Below are positions 19,280 through 29,607 of a stretch of DNA of 64,000 nt, piece by piece; the first letter of the stretch is position 1, and every line of letters starts with the position of its first letter. Under the pieces are notes generated by a model, which saw only the letters and a program-made list of their open reading frames with translations, had not been told where the DNA came from and ran no database searches. The stretch covers positions 1 through 64,000 of the forward strand of contig CAWDVE010000024.1 in assembly GCA_963805625.1 (NCBI GenBank). Reading direction: 5' to 3'. The stretch is from an uncultured Candidatus Rokubacteria bacterium (lineage in GTDB: Bacteria; Methylomirabilota; Methylomirabilia; Rokubacteriales; DASRDR01). A program made the position numbers and the translations under genes.

Positions 19280-19803
19280 CGCGCGCGGGGCGCATCGGCG
19301 GGGGGACCCGGGCCCGCCAGGAGGTGCTCGGGCTCGTACTCGCCATGGCGGTGCTCGCGGCCGCGGGGGGGCTTGGCGCGGAGAATTGGGGCGGCCTCGC
19401 CCCCGGGGAAACGATGCGGGCGGGCGTGGAGACGCTCTACGGCCGGCCAAGCCGCGAGCGGACGCTGGTCGAGGAAGGGCGGACCGTGGCCGAGTGGACG
19501 TATGCGGGGGAGCGCGCGCCGCAAGGTCTCGAGCGCATGGTCATCAGCTTTGGTCTCGTGGCCGGTGGACGCTTCGCCCCCGACGTGGTGCGCTCGATCG
19601 TCCTCTACCCGAAGCCTCACATCTTCTCGCTGCGCTCGATCTCGAACGGGTGGGGGCCGCCGGAAGCAATCGGGACGGAGGAAGCGACCGGGCGGCCCTC
19701 GTTCCACTACCGCACCAAGGGGCTGTTCATCATCTTCGACAAGACCGGAGCCTGGGCCGAGCTGATGCTGTTCGCTCCCCCCCAGCCCGCCGGAGGCTCC
19801 TGA
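19276..19803 (+). CDS. Hypothetical exported protein
   Basis: Signal-peptide-like N-terminus; translationally coupled (ATGA overlap). Confidence 0.7.
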   Translation: MTRAGRIGGGTRARQEVLGLVLAMAVLAAAGGLGAENWGGLAPGETMRAGVETLYGRPSRERTLVEEGRTVAEWTYAGERAPQGLERMVISFGLVAGGRFAPDVVRSIVLYPKPHIFSLRSISNGWGPPEAIGTEEATGRPSFHYRTKGLFIIFDKTGAWAELMLFAPPQPAGGS

Positions 19804-19929
19804 CCGGCGGCTGGCCGCAGCTTCGGCTGTGAGGTTCGGGTGCCCGCTTGCGGTGGGCGCCCCTCCGGATGGGCCGCCGGGTGGGCCGCCGTTGTGGGGC
19901 CCGAGGCCCGGTGTTAGGCTTGGTGGGCC

Positions 19930-20600
19930 ATGTCGCCGGCCCTGGATCCCGTCGAGACTCTGTGCGCGCTCGATGTGGGAGGCCGCGGGATCAGCCGTCT
20001 AGTCATGGCGGGCGCGATGGCCGCGGCGGCGCGGAGCCTGGCGCGTGCCCAGCGGGTGGTCCTGGTCACGGGGTTCGTCGCCCGACCGGGCTGGGCTGCC
20101 GAGACGGACGGTCCATCCGGCACGATAGTCCTCGGGCGCGCCCTCCGCCGAATCGGGGCGGGCGTCACCTACCTCGCCGATCCTCCGGTGGCCCCCCTCC
20201 TGGAGGCGTGTCTCCGGGGCACTCGGGGAGCCGCGCGATCTCATCGCGGTGCCGGCCGAGCCGGTGGCGGCGCTCCGGGCGGCGCGCGAGAGGGTGCGCG
20301 CGTTCGATCCCACGCACCTCGTCGCAGTCGAGCGGCCCGGGCGGGCTCTGGACGGCGGATACTAACAATGCCCGGGCGCGGTCGGTGGCGGCCCTGAACG
20401 CACCGCTCGACGCGCTCTTCCTCCGGCGGCGGTCGGGCACGGTCACGATCGGGGTCGGCGACGGTGGGAACGAGATCGGCATGGGGCGAGTGCGGGCGCG
20501 GGTCGTGCGCGACGTCCCGAACGGCGCCAAGATCGCCTCGGTGGTCCGGACGGACCACCTGATGGTCGCCGGCATCTCGAACTGGGGAGCCTGGGTGTGA
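19930..20600 (+). pseudogene. DUF4392 / D-glutamate cyclase family, frameshifted 5' part
   Basis: VTGF..AETDGPSG; VERPG in a shifted frame; IGVGDGGNEIGMG and AGISNWGAW, then a stop at the insertion boundary. Confidence 0.8.
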
Positions 20601-20637
20601 TTCCGCACATGGGACTCCTCCTGGAGGACCTTTAGGA

Positions 20638-21642
20638 GTGAACACGATTCGCGTCATTCACTATGGCCTCGGCCCGATCGGCGTCGGGGTGGCGAAGTTG
20701 ATTGCAGCGCGCAAGGATATGCAGATCGTCGGCGCGATTGACATTGACCCGCACAAGGTCGGCAAAGATTTCGGTGACTTGCTGGGCGCAGAACGGAAAC
20801 TCGGCGTGACGATTAGCAATGATGCGCCAGGGGTACTGGACAAGAACAAAGCAGACATCGTGGTGCTGACGACGGCATCATCGCTCAGGGGAATCACGTC
20901 ACAGCTCAAGCAGATTGCCGTGAGGGGCTTGCCCGTCATTTCGACGTGCGAAGAGTTGTCGTATCCGCCCGCGCACAACGCCGATCTCGTCGCGGAACTG
21001 GACGCGGTTGCCAGGCAGCACGGTGTCGCGTTCTATGGAACGGGTGTGAATCCTGGGTTCACGATGGACGCGCTGCCGTTGATGCTGAGCGCGCCGTGCG
21101 CCGACGTGCAGAAGATTCGCGTGGTGCGCCTGCAGGATGCGAGCGTGCGCCGCCTGCCGTTCCAGCAGAAAATCGGCGCCGGCATCACGCGTGAGGAGTT
21201 CCAGAAGCGTATTGACGATGGCTCGGTGCGGCATGTGGGTCTGCGTGAGTCCGTCTTGATGATTGCCGAGTCGTTCGGCTGGGCGCTGAGCGATTATCGC
21301 GAATCGATCGAGCCTGTCATGGCTGCCCGCGATGTGACCACGCCGTTCCTGACGGTCAAGGCGGGGGCTGTCGCGGGCCTGAATCAAATCGGACGCGGTT
21401 TCGTGAACGGCGAGGCGCGCATCACGCTGGAGTTGGTGGCGTATGTCGGCGCGCCCGAATCACGCGACACGGTGCATATCGAAGGCACACCGAACATCAC
21501 GTCAACGATCGTGGGTGGACTGCATGGCGACATTGCAACGGCCGCGATCGTCGTCAACTCGATCCCGCGCGTCATCGGCGCGCGGCCAGGTCTGCTGACG
21601 CCCAAGGATCTGCCGATCCCGCATTGGCGCAGCGGTGTGTAG
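20638..21642 (+). CDS. NAD(P)-dependent dehydrogenase, DapB-N / 2,4-diaminopentanoate dehydrogenase-like
   Basis: YGLGPIG Rossmann motif, STCEELSYP, GTGVNPGF, GHVGL-like RHVGLRES, GDIATAA. Codon usage is visibly less GC-biased than in the flanks. Confidence 0.85.
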   Translation: MNTIRVIHYGLGPIGVGVAKLIAARKDMQIVGAIDIDPHKVGKDFGDLLGAERKLGVTISNDAPGVLDKNKADIVVLTTASSLRGITSQLKQIAVRGLPVISTCEELSYPPAHNADLVAELDAVARQHGVAFYGTGVNPGFTMDALPLMLSAPCADVQKIRVVRLQDASVRRLPFQQKIGAGITREEFQKRIDDGSVRHVGLRESVLMIAESFGWALSDYRESIEPVMAARDVTTPFLTVKAGAVAGLNQIGRGFVNGEARITLELVAYVGAPESRDTVHIEGTPNITSTIVGGLHGDIATAAIVVNSIPRVIGARPGLLTPKDLPIPHWRSGV

Positions 21643-21690
21643 TCGAGCGGACTGCGACGGCGGCGTCGTATGGCGAAGCGACCATGCCGT

Positions 21691-21825
21691 GCCGCCGCGC
21701 TAGAGGACGTGGGTGTAGACCATCGTCGTCTTCACGCCTTCGTGACCGAGCAGTTCTTGCACGATACGAAGGGCATAGCCGTCTTGCAGGAGGTGCGTGG
21801 CAAGAGTATGGCCGAAGGTGTGGCA
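21691..21825 (-). pseudogene. C-terminal remnant of an integron-integrase-like tyrosine recombinase
   Basis: [44 protein letters not shown] resembles the IntI pattern CHTLRHSFATHLL..GYDIRTVQELLGH.DV.TTMIYTHVLNRGG. Confidence 0.82.
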
Positions 21826-21828
21826 GTC

Positions 21829-22010
21829 TTGCCTATTCCCGATGAGGAGGCGCGGCCTTGCCGGGTCATGGTCGCCGGCGGCGACGTGGACCGGGTCCCG
21901 GGAGAGGCCCAGCCGAGCGTGGACAGCCTGCCGGTCGAGGTGCGCCAGGTGCTGTTCGAAACACTCCGGGGGTTGGTTGTGCACTTGAAAACGCGGCGCG
22001 GCCCCATGGC
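21829..22010 (+). pseudogene. 3' remnant of the DUF4392 gene
   Basis: LPIPDEEA...[25 protein letters not shown] resembles the family C-terminus (G-A-V-D-G...P-S-V-D-G-L-P). Confidence 0.6.
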
Positions 22011-22034
22011 CGCGGCACGTGAAGAGGAGACTTC

Positions 22035-23366
22035 GTGATGCGGGAGACGGTGAGCGAACGGTATCGGAAGGCCCTGCCCGGCTCGTGGGCGCGCTGGGAG
22101 CGCGCCCGGCGCGTGATTCCGGGCGGCATCACGCACGACGGCCGGCACCTCACGCCGTTCCCGCTCTACATCGAGCGCGCCGCGGGTCCACGCAAATGGG
22201 ACGTCGACGGCCGCGAGTACATCGACTACTGGATGGGGCACGGGGCCTTGTTCCTGGGGCATTCCCATCCGGCCCTCGTCGAGGCGGTCCAGCGACAGGT
22301 CGCTCGCGGCACGCACTACGGAGCCTGCCACGACCTCGAGGTGGAATGGGCCGAGTGGATCGCCCGGCTCATCCCCTCCGCCGAGCTGGTCCGCTTCACC
22401 ATGTCCGGCACCGAGGCGACTCATCTCGCGCTCCGCCTCGCGCGCGCCTACACGGGGCGCCCCAAGGTCGTGAAGTTCACGGGGCACTTTCACGGCTGGC
22501 ACGACGGGGTCTCCTCGGGCGTGAATCCGCCCTTCGACGTGCCGATGTCGGCCGGGATTCCGGGCGCGGTTCTGGGCGAGGTCCTGCTCGCGCCGCCCAA
22601 CGACATCGCAGCGGTCGAGCAGCTCTTGGGGAGCCGGAGCGACATCGGGGCCGTCATCCTCGAGCCGAGCGGTGGACAGGCCGGCGTCTTCCCGATCGAT
22701 CCCGGATTCCTGAAGGATCTCCGCCAGCTCACGCAGGACCGGGGCACCGTCCTGATCTTCGACGAGGTCATCACTGGGTTCCGATACGCTCCGGGCGGCG
22801 CCCAAGAGTACTACGGGGTGACGCCGGACATGACCACGCTCGCCAAGATCGTGGCGGGCGGGCTCCCGGGAGCGGCCGTCTGTGGCCGTCGGGACATCCT
22901 GAGCCTGATGGCCTTCGGCGACGACGCCGCATGGAACCGGACCAAGCGCGTCGCCCAGAACGGGACGTACAACTCGAACCCCGTTGTGGCGGCGGCCGGC
23001 ATCGCGATGCTGTCCCAGATCGCCGACGGTAAGCTGCACGAGAAGGCGAATGCCCTTGGCGGGGAGCTCCGGGCAGCGCTGAACGACGTCTTCCGGAGAG
23101 CCGGCGCGCCGATGGCTGCCTACGGCGACGTCTCGATTGTGCACATCTCGCTCGACGGGCCCCCGCCCACGCCGGGTAAGAGCGCCCCGAAGGCGAAGAA
23201 CGCCGGGCTCGTTCACAAGTGGCGCTGCGCCCTGATCCTGCAGGGCGTCGACATGTCCCAGAACCACGGCTGGGTGTCGGCCGTCCACACGGACCGCGAG
23301 ATCGAGGAGACGGTGCAGGCGGTCACCCGTGCCGTGGCCGATCTCCAGGCCGAAGGGGCGGTCTAG
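22035..23366 (+). CDS. Class III PLP aminotransferase (GSA-aminomutase-like)
   Basis: [44 protein letters not shown]. Confidence 0.9.
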   Translation: MMRETVSERYRKALPGSWARWERARRVIPGGITHDGRHLTPFPLYIERAAGPRKWDVDGREYIDYWMGHGALFLGHSHPALVEAVQRQVARGTHYGACHDLEVEWAEWIARLIPSAELVRFTMSGTEATHLALRLARAYTGRPKVVKFTGHFHGWHDGVSSGVNPPFDVPMSAGIPGAVLGEVLLAPPNDIAAVEQLLGSRSDIGAVILEPSGGQAGVFPIDPGFLKDLRQLTQDRGTVLIFDEVITGFRYAPGGAQEYYGVTPDMTTLAKIVAGGLPGAAVCGRRDILSLMAFGDDAAWNRTKRVAQNGTYNSNPVVAAAGIAMLSQIADGKLHEKANALGGELRAALNDVFRRAGAPMAAYGDVSIVHISLDGPPPTPGKSAPKAKNAGLVHKWRCALILQGVDMSQNHGWVSAVHTDREIEETVQAVTRAVADLQAEGAV

Positions 23367-23388
23367 CCCGACCCGCGCACCCCAGGGC

Positions 23389-24309
23389 ATGCGCCGACTC
23401 GGGCTCCGTCGAGCCCGCCGCGCGGCACCCCATGGCCGCCAGAGCCGGGCATGGGTCGTTGCCGTCGCGGGCGCGTGCGCGGTGGGCGCGTGGGTGTTCG
23501 CGCTCGGGGGTTCGGCGGCCCGTCCGGCCGCCGGGCAGCCCACCAGGTCGTCCGGGGCGCTCGCGTTGGCCCATCCCGGGCTGGCCGTCTACGAGCGCCA
23601 CTGCGCCACGTGCCACGGGCCGACCGGAGGCGCGGACGGTCCGGGGGCGTCCGCGCTTCCGATCAAGCCACCGCCTTTCACGGACGGCCGTCTGCTCAAC
23701 CCTCTCTCCGATGCCTTCCTGACCACGGTGGTCCGGGACGGGGCGGGGGCGGTGGGGCTCGCCCCGCAGATGCCGGGCTTCGGGCGGCTCCTGACCGAGC
23801 GGGAGATCCGGGACGTGGTCGCCTACGTCCGGACGATGGCCCAGCCCCCGTACCGGCCGCACCCGGGGTCAGCGGTCCAGCCGGTCGCGCCGGGGCCCGT
23901 CCAGCCGATCGAGTTCAGTCACGCGATCCACGCGGGATCGTACGGGATCGACTGTCAGTTCTGCCATGCTGACGCCCGGCGAGGCGTCTATGCTGGCCTG
24001 CCCTCGGTCGCGCGGTGCATGGGCTGCCACAAGATCGTCGCCGCCAAGGGCAACCCCGAAGTGCAGAAGGTCCACGAGTACTGGAACCGGAAGCAGGCTA
24101 TCCCGTGGGTGCGCATCCACAAGCTGGCGGGGTTCGCGCACTTTCCCCACAAGCGGCACGTGCAGGTGGGGCTCGCCTGCCAGACCTGCCACGGCCCCGT
24201 CGAGACCATGCAGCGAGTTGCCCAGGTGGCGCCCCTCACGATGGGGTGGTGCGTTGCCTGCCACGCCGAGCGGCGCGGCCCGCTCGACTGCGTGGTCTGC
24301 CACCACTAG
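23389..24309 (+). CDS. Hexaheme cytochrome c: monoheme domain plus ActA/QrcA-like pentaheme domain
   Basis: Six CxxCH (CATCH, CQFCH, CMGCH, CQTCH, CVACH, CVVCH); QPIEFSHAIHAG, IPWVRIH, LTMGWC. Confidence 0.85.
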   Translation: MRRLGLRRARRAAPHGRQSRAWVVAVAGACAVGAWVFALGGSAARPAAGQPTRSSGALALAHPGLAVYERHCATCHGPTGGADGPGASALPIKPPPFTDGRLLNPLSDAFLTTVVRDGAGAVGLAPQMPGFGRLLTEREIRDVVAYVRTMAQPPYRPHPGSAVQPVAPGPVQPIEFSHAIHAGSYGIDCQFCHADARRGVYAGLPSVARCMGCHKIVAAKGNPEVQKVHEYWNRKQAIPWVRIHKLAGFAHFPHKRHVQVGLACQTCHGPVETMQRVAQVAPLTMGWCVACHAERRGPLDCVVCHH

Positions 24310-24528
24310 GAGTCTAGGTACGCGCAGCCTCGAGAGGCCGACCCCCGGACTGAAGGCATATCGGCCCGTGGGCTGACAATGTTGGGCGCCGGGCTTGCCA
24401 ATTCCCGTGCGCGGGCGCTGCCATCTCTGACAATCGAGCGGGTCCTCGGAGCTTCGCCATGCTCTAAGCCACTGAAAGTGTTGATGTCACGCGGCCCCGT
24501 GGAACGCCGGGCACCGTATCTTACTAGC

Positions 24529-24544
24529 GGGTGCGGTTTATGCA
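24529..24544 (+). promoter_or_regulatory. Possible sigma54 promoter of the pilin cassette
   Basis: GGGTGCGGTTTATGCA (GG-N10-GC) about 28 nt before the ATG; imperfect consensus. Confidence 0.35.
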
Positions 24545-24571
24545 TGTACGCTGCGGTCGGGAGGAAGAACC

Positions 24572-25063
24572 ATGGTTCGCCGAGACTCGTCGGGTGTTAC
24601 CCTGGTCGAGCTGTCCGTGGCTTTGGTCCTCCTTGCGATCGTGGCGGCGATCACACTCCAAGCTGCTGGGCTCCTCCAGGGGGCGCTTGGCGCTGGGAGA
24701 GCGAAGGGCGCCGCCGACAACATCGCTCAAGCGATTCGACACACGCGGCAGCGCGCCATCACCGATGCCCAGGACTACTGCGTCGCCCTCCGCATCACGG
24801 GCGGTGTTGGCCAATACGAAATCTACACGGGGGCCCGCTCCGGTACGACTTGCTCTGGCACAAGCGTCGAGGGGCCGGTGAACCTCCCGGGCAGCGCCAC
24901 CATCGGGGGAGCCGTGGCCATGCGTTTCACGCCCGTCAGCACGGTTGACCCTGTTGGGCCGACACCCATCGTGGTGACGTCGACGTCCGAGGGAGCCACG
25001 TGTTCCGTCACCCTCACGGTCACGCCCGAAGGCGGGACCCAGCTGCCGGGCAACTCCTGCTAG
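24572..25063 (+). CDS. Type IV minor pilin (FimT/FimU/GspH-like)
   Basis: Prepilin site SSG|VTLVELSVAL with E5, then a hydrophobic helix. Confidence 0.85.
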   Translation: MVRRDSSGVTLVELSVALVLLAIVAAITLQAAGLLQGALGAGRAKGAADNIAQAIRHTRQRAITDAQDYCVALRITGGVGQYEIYTGARSGTTCSGTSVEGPVNLPGSATIGGAVAMRFTPVSTVDPVGPTPIVVTSTSEGATCSVTLTVTPEGGTQLPGNSC

Positions 25064-25084
25064 GCCCGCCAAGGAGCTGCGCCA

Positions 25085-25504
25085 ATGCGCGACCAGGGCA
25101 TGACACTCATCGAGGTCCTCGTCGCCGTGATGCTGCTGGGCACGACTCTTGTCGTCCTCGGCGCGGCCGTGCCCGCCGGCCTCACGGCGGTCCATGGCTC
25201 CGGGCTTTCTCTCACGGCCGTAGGCCTCGCTCAAGAGCCCATCGATCTCGCGAAGCGCACGACCTTCGCGAATCTGTCGAGTCTGGCCGCGTCTCGAGCA
25301 ACGGTGTCCGGGTTCACGGGATTCGAGCGGGAGGTGGTTGTCTCCAACTATGCCGCACCGGGATCGTGTTCCGGCACACCGTGCTCCGCGAGCTGTCCGA
25401 CGCTGGCGGGGCAGCCGACCTGCCGGACGGTCGAAGTCCGAGTGTACTATCGTGGGCCATTGGGCGACGCGACGGCCACCCTGACCCAGATCATTGCAAA
25501 ATGA
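25085..25504 (+). CDS. Type IV minor pilin (PilV/GspI-like)
   Basis: DQG|MTLIEVLVAV; four Cys. Confidence 0.85.
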   Translation: MRDQGMTLIEVLVAVMLLGTTLVVLGAAVPAGLTAVHGSGLSLTAVGLAQEPIDLAKRTTFANLSSLAASRATVSGFTGFEREVVVSNYAAPGSCSGTPCSASCPTLAGQPTCRTVEVRVYYRGPLGDATATLTQIIAK

Positions 25505-26262
25505 CGCGCCCCCGGTTCGCCATCAGCATCCGTCCCTGGCGTTTCTCCCAAGATGCACATGGCTATACGCTCATGGAGACCGTGATCGCCATGGCGATGT
25601 TCGCCTTAATCATCACCGGCATCCTCGTCGTCTGGGAGCAAAGCCAGAGCGCCTACTTTGTGAGCTCGGAGCAGGCGGAAATCCAGGGCGACGCACGCGT
25701 CGCGATCGATCAAATGGCGCGAGATTTCGCCAAGGCGGGCCGCGATGTAATTCAGTGCGCCTTCGACAGCGAGGCCTACACGCAGTGCTCGGGGGCCAAG
25801 CTAGCCCGGTGCCAGTTGCTGTTGGGTGCCGGTTTCACATGTAACGACAGGTGGATCATTCCCGTGGCCAGCAGCAGCGGGAGCGCCGTCACCATCCAGG
25901 TTCAAATGGATTTGGACAGCGATGGCCTTATCGACACGAGCGCCCCATCCGAAGAGAGCATCACCTACGCCTGGACTTCGGGGACCAAACAGATCACTCG
26001 GCGGCAAGGCGTTGGCACCGCACGCCCCTTGGCGGACAACATCGAATCCCTGAGCCTGATCTTCCAGGGAAAGCCCCCTGTTAACGGTGTGTGCACAGGG
26101 GCGTGGAGCACCATTGTCCCTGTGAGTCAGACCGAGCGCGACTGCATCCAGCGGATCGAGATCGATCTGGTGGCAAGCGGTACGGTCGGCAAGTTCGGAG
26201 GAAGCGGCCTCACGACCGTGCGGCGCACGCTGCGAACGTCGGTGGACCTTCGCACGCGATAG
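25501..26262 (+). CDS. Type IV minor pilin (PilW/GspJ-like)
   Basis: AHG|YTLMETVIAM, QGDARVAIDQMARDF, PLADNIESL. The real start is ATG 25501. Confidence 0.85.
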   Translation: MTRPRFAISIRPWRFSQDAHGYTLMETVIAMAMFALIITGILVVWEQSQSAYFVSSEQAEIQGDARVAIDQMARDFAKAGRDVIQCAFDSEAYTQCSGAKLARCQLLLGAGFTCNDRWIIPVASSSGSAVTIQVQMDLDSDGLIDTSAPSEESITYAWTSGTKQITRRQGVGTARPLADNIESLSLIFQGKPPVNGVCTGAWSTIVPVSQTERDCIQRIEIDLVASGTVGKFGGSGLTTVRRTLRTSVDLRTR

Positions 26263-26287
26263 GTCCGTCACTCAGGAGGCAAATGCC

Positions 26288-27913
26288 ATGCTGCACCGAT
26301 CATCCGACCGGCGACTTCGATCCGACCGGGGGAGCGCCTTGGTGGCCGCCATCTTGGCGATGCTACTGCTTGGTGTGTTCGCTCTATCGGTCTCGGTGCT
26401 GGCCGATCTCGAATCTCGGCTGGGACAGAACCAAAAGGCCGCCCAGCAGGCGGTCGCCCTCGCGGAGGCCGGCCTCGAGCACGGTCGCAACATGGTGCGC
26501 GATGCGGTGAACGCGGGCGACTTCAACGCCTTCATCGCCAGTGCGGCCACGCGGCAGCTCGGGGTGCCGGGCGCAGGCATCTCCCTTGGGCCCGGCCGGT
26601 ATTGGGTACGCGTCGACAACGATTGCGCGGCGCCAACGGGCTTCGTAGGCGCACCACCATTCGTGCCGGTCGTGGTGCAAGACGATCCCGGCGGCGGGTG
26701 TTCGGACACCGTCGATGCGAACGAGACCGTCGTCTTGACGGCCTGGTCCGAGGTGACCGATGGGGCCAATCGCATCATCGGCCACGCGCGAATGCGGGCG
26801 CATTACACGATCGGCAACCCGTGGAAACACGCCTGCTACGACCAAGACGGTGGGCTGTGCATTGAGGACGCCGTATCGGGATGTAACAACAATCCTTGCA
26901 TCGACCCGAGTGATCCGCACCATCCCAATGGACCGGCGACCGGGGATCTGCCTATCCCGAGCGACATTCGCTGTGGGACCGCTGGAAGTGGGTCGTATCC
27001 GCCGATCCCGGCCGCGGACCGTCCAACCGATGTCTCAGCCACGATGTCAGCGAACGCCCCGTGTGTCATCTACCCGTATTATCAGTGGGCGCTGTACCAG
27101 GCGGCTCCCACCCGCACGTGGTGTCCCCACATCCAGGTCGCGAGCGGGGGCTACGGGACGGATCCGTGCAGCTTGTCCACTGGCACGCTGGCGTGGGACC
27201 CGACGAACGCCACCTGCATCGCGACGCCGGAAAAGTGTCATGGGATGGTGTTCTTTGGTCCCGGGACCAGCGCGGCCACGCTGGCGACCGGCGCGGACGT
27301 TGATTTCGGCACCAGTGGATCCAGCGAGGCCGGCTGCATGGGGACGTATACTGCTGACGCCAACTGCCCGGGGTCTAACAGCTCTATCGTCGTCTACGTC
27401 ATGGGTAAGGTGACCATCACCAACAATGTGGGCGTCAATGGCACGGTGGTTCTGCACGGCAACGGGGCTGGCGGCGGCGGGGGAAACAAGGACTTTGGGC
27501 TCACCGGCACCAATCGCATAACGACGCGGCCGTGCACGGGGGGTCCCAACACCTGCGGCTATCCGCTGGCGATCCTCGCGTATAACCCCAACGAAGCTGC
27601 CCCGACGACAGCGGTTGGCCAGACGATCCAATTGGACCTGTCGAACGCGACGAGTGTGGTGTCCGGGCTGATCTTTTCGGGCGGGACCGCAGACTTCAAC
27701 CCCCTGACCGTCGATGGCGGCCTCATCGCGTGGGATGTCAATATTACGAACACCGCCTCGCGCATTACCTACAATCCGACCTACGGCAACGCCGCACCAC
27801 CCCCGGCGTTCACGATGCCACTGGATGGTACCGGGGTGCGGATGTTCCCGCCGACATGGGTCCATTGCACCTACAACGCGAACGAGACGACCGTTCCGAC
27901 GCCCTGCAGCTAG
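26288..27913 (+). CDS. PilX/GspK-like pilin with a large Cys-rich extracellular domain
   Basis: DRG|SALVAAIL lacking E5; ALAEAGLE PilX_N motif; 18 Cys. Confidence 0.8.
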   Translation: MLHRSSDRRLRSDRGSALVAAILAMLLLGVFALSVSVLADLESRLGQNQKAAQQAVALAEAGLEHGRNMVRDAVNAGDFNAFIASAATRQLGVPGAGISLGPGRYWVRVDNDCAAPTGFVGAPPFVPVVVQDDPGGGCSDTVDANETVVLTAWSEVTDGANRIIGHARMRAHYTIGNPWKHACYDQDGGLCIEDAVSGCNNNPCIDPSDPHHPNGPATGDLPIPSDIRCGTAGSGSYPPIPAADRPTDVSATMSANAPCVIYPYYQWALYQAAPTRTWCPHIQVASGGYGTDPCSLSTGTLAWDPTNATCIATPEKCHGMVFFGPGTSAATLATGADVDFGTSGSSEAGCMGTYTADANCPGSNSSIVVYVMGKVTITNNVGVNGTVVLHGNGAGGGGGNKDFGLTGTNRITTRPCTGGPNTCGYPLAILAYNPNEAAPTTAVGQTIQLDLSNATSVVSGLIFSGGTADFNPLTVDGGLIAWDVNITNTASRITYNPTYGNAAPPPAFTMPLDGTGVRMFPPTWVHCTYNANETTVPTPCS

Positions 27914-28559
27914 GGATGCGCAAGTAGGAGGCAGTAGGGACCGTCGCCCGGCTGGCCGGCCACGGCGCCACCATAATGCGGTGTGAGCGCCCGCAGAGGT
28001 CTTGAGAACCACCGATCGGCGCGACTTGAGCGTGGACGTGGCCCGACGACGCCAGCTGCTCGCGCTCCGCCTTCCCGTGTCCTTCGCGGCGCCGCTCTGA
28101 GACGATCCACTCGCCGGGGTCCTCGTCGAGGTCGAGTGGGGACGGCACAATCTTTCCCTGGAGCTCACGAACTACTGGCGGGGCCGACGGCTCAATGGAC
28201 GTCTCCTCACCGATGACGCCACCATTCGGCCACGGGTTCACGCGCTCCTGAGCGCGAGCATTCCGCGGCACGTCGACGAGCTCATCGACATGGAGCTCCC
28301 CCCGCCGGAGACGCGGAGTCGGAGCGCCCGGGCTCCCGTCGATTCCCCGACCGAGACCGCGCCGGATGGTGCGGGCCCGCGGCATCAGAGCACAGCGCCC
28401 GCTCTCCATCCGGATGTGGCTCTCCTCGTGGCCACGTTGGTCCGCAAGGGGCTCCTGACCCCCGACGACATCGATACGACCCGCCGGAAGATCGCGGAGG
28501 CGCCCGAATCCTACTCGCCGTCCGCCTCACCGCTGGCCGGCTCGTCTTCGTGATCCTCT

Positions 28560-28736
28560 GGACGCTAACGAGTCCCTTATACCGATCGATGGAAACTGGT
28601 TCTTCGCGGCGAGGTCCGCGAGCCCTCGGAGACTTGCACGAATTATCGCGTCGTCGATCACCATCACCACGTCGACCCGCCTCGTGACCATCGCCGAGAA
28701 GGCGTCGCGAAACTTGTCAGGTCCTCGGACCTCCAA
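28560..28736 (-). pseudogene. Fragment of an ABC_sub_bind-type substrate-binding protein
   Basis: EVRGPDKFRDAFSAM..RRVD...LADLAAKNQFPSI resembles an internal part of this family; no start or end context. Confidence 0.55.
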
Positions 28737-28873
28737 CGCCTGTCGAGGAGCCTGAACGCTCGAGCGCGGAGGGCCTCACCGACCTCGGAGGTCAAAAACA
28801 CGCGCTGGTGAGGGAGCGCAAGGGGCGATGCGGGAGCGCACAGCCCCTGTCGCGCGACGGCGGACTTGCCGGT

Positions 28874-29551
28874 CTACTGCAGCCTGAACGGAGGGGTGAA
28901 CTGCGCTCCGAGGTCGAGAACTGAGCTAGCGGGCACCACCCAGAGCGAGAAGTTGACCGGAACACAGCCGTCGGGGGTGCCGTAGGAGGACACGTGAATG
29001 AACACGGGATCCAGGCCAGTATCCCCGTAGACTCGGTAGCTCTGGTCCACGCCCGTCGCCAGCAACGTGCTGAGGACACGCTCGATGTGCGCGGGACCCG
29101 TGCAGTCCCCCGACTGAAAGTAGGGGAAGCCGGACCCGTAGAGCCTGTTGTCGACGAGCTTCAGCGCGAAGACGAGCCCCCCGACCTTGAAGGCGACGAC
29201 CGGGTTGAGAAACTCCACACCCACCACCGATCCGACCGTCCTATCCTCGCTGTCGAGCACCTGGAGGAACGCGGATCCCGCTGGGCCTGGGGGCCCCTGG
29301 GGTCCGGGGGGACCTTGGGGACCCGTGATGTTCCAGTGCACGGCAGTCTCGCTGGGTCCGCATGGATCGTTCGCGCCGACGATCCGGGTGATGCCTTGTT
29401 GCGTCTTGGCGCAACCATGAACGACGCTCGGGTCGCCGCCATGGGCCTCGGACAGGCTAACCCCGACCGGAGGTAGCAGGGTCGAGAGCAGGACGACGAG
29501 AGCGCCTGAGAGCGACAGCCGGTACCAGCTTCGCGGGGCTTCAGACAGCAT
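28874..29551 (-). CDS. Secreted protein with a short collagen-like linker
   Basis: Signal peptide, HGGD..VHGC...WNITGPQGPPGPQGPPGPAG; strong GGAGGAGG RBS. Confidence 0.75.
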   Translation of the reverse strand: MLSEAPRSWYRLSLSGALVVLLSTLLPPVGVSLSEAHGGDPSVVHGCAKTQQGITRIVGANDPCGPSETAVHWNITGPQGPPGPQGPPGPAGSAFLQVLDSEDRTVGSVVGVEFLNPVVAFKVGGLVFALKLVDNRLYGSGFPYFQSGDCTGPAHIERVLSTLLATGVDQSYRVYGDTGLDPVFIHVSSYGTPDGCVPVNFSLWVVPASSVLDLGAQFTPPFRLQ

Positions 29552-29607
29552 GCGTTTGTCCCTCCTCCTCCGGGTAGACTCCCTGGCCCGGGTGAGAGAA
29601 AGGCTAG

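Noticed and set aside
21643-21700. attC site next to the integrase remnant
   Set aside because: It is a GC hairpin without RYYYAAC/GTTRRRY boxes, so a terminator or decayed intI tail is more likely.
27930-28553. Small ORFs after the pilin cassette
   Set aside because: Coding-like fragments in shifting frames with no recognisable family; probably debris and not supportable as genes.
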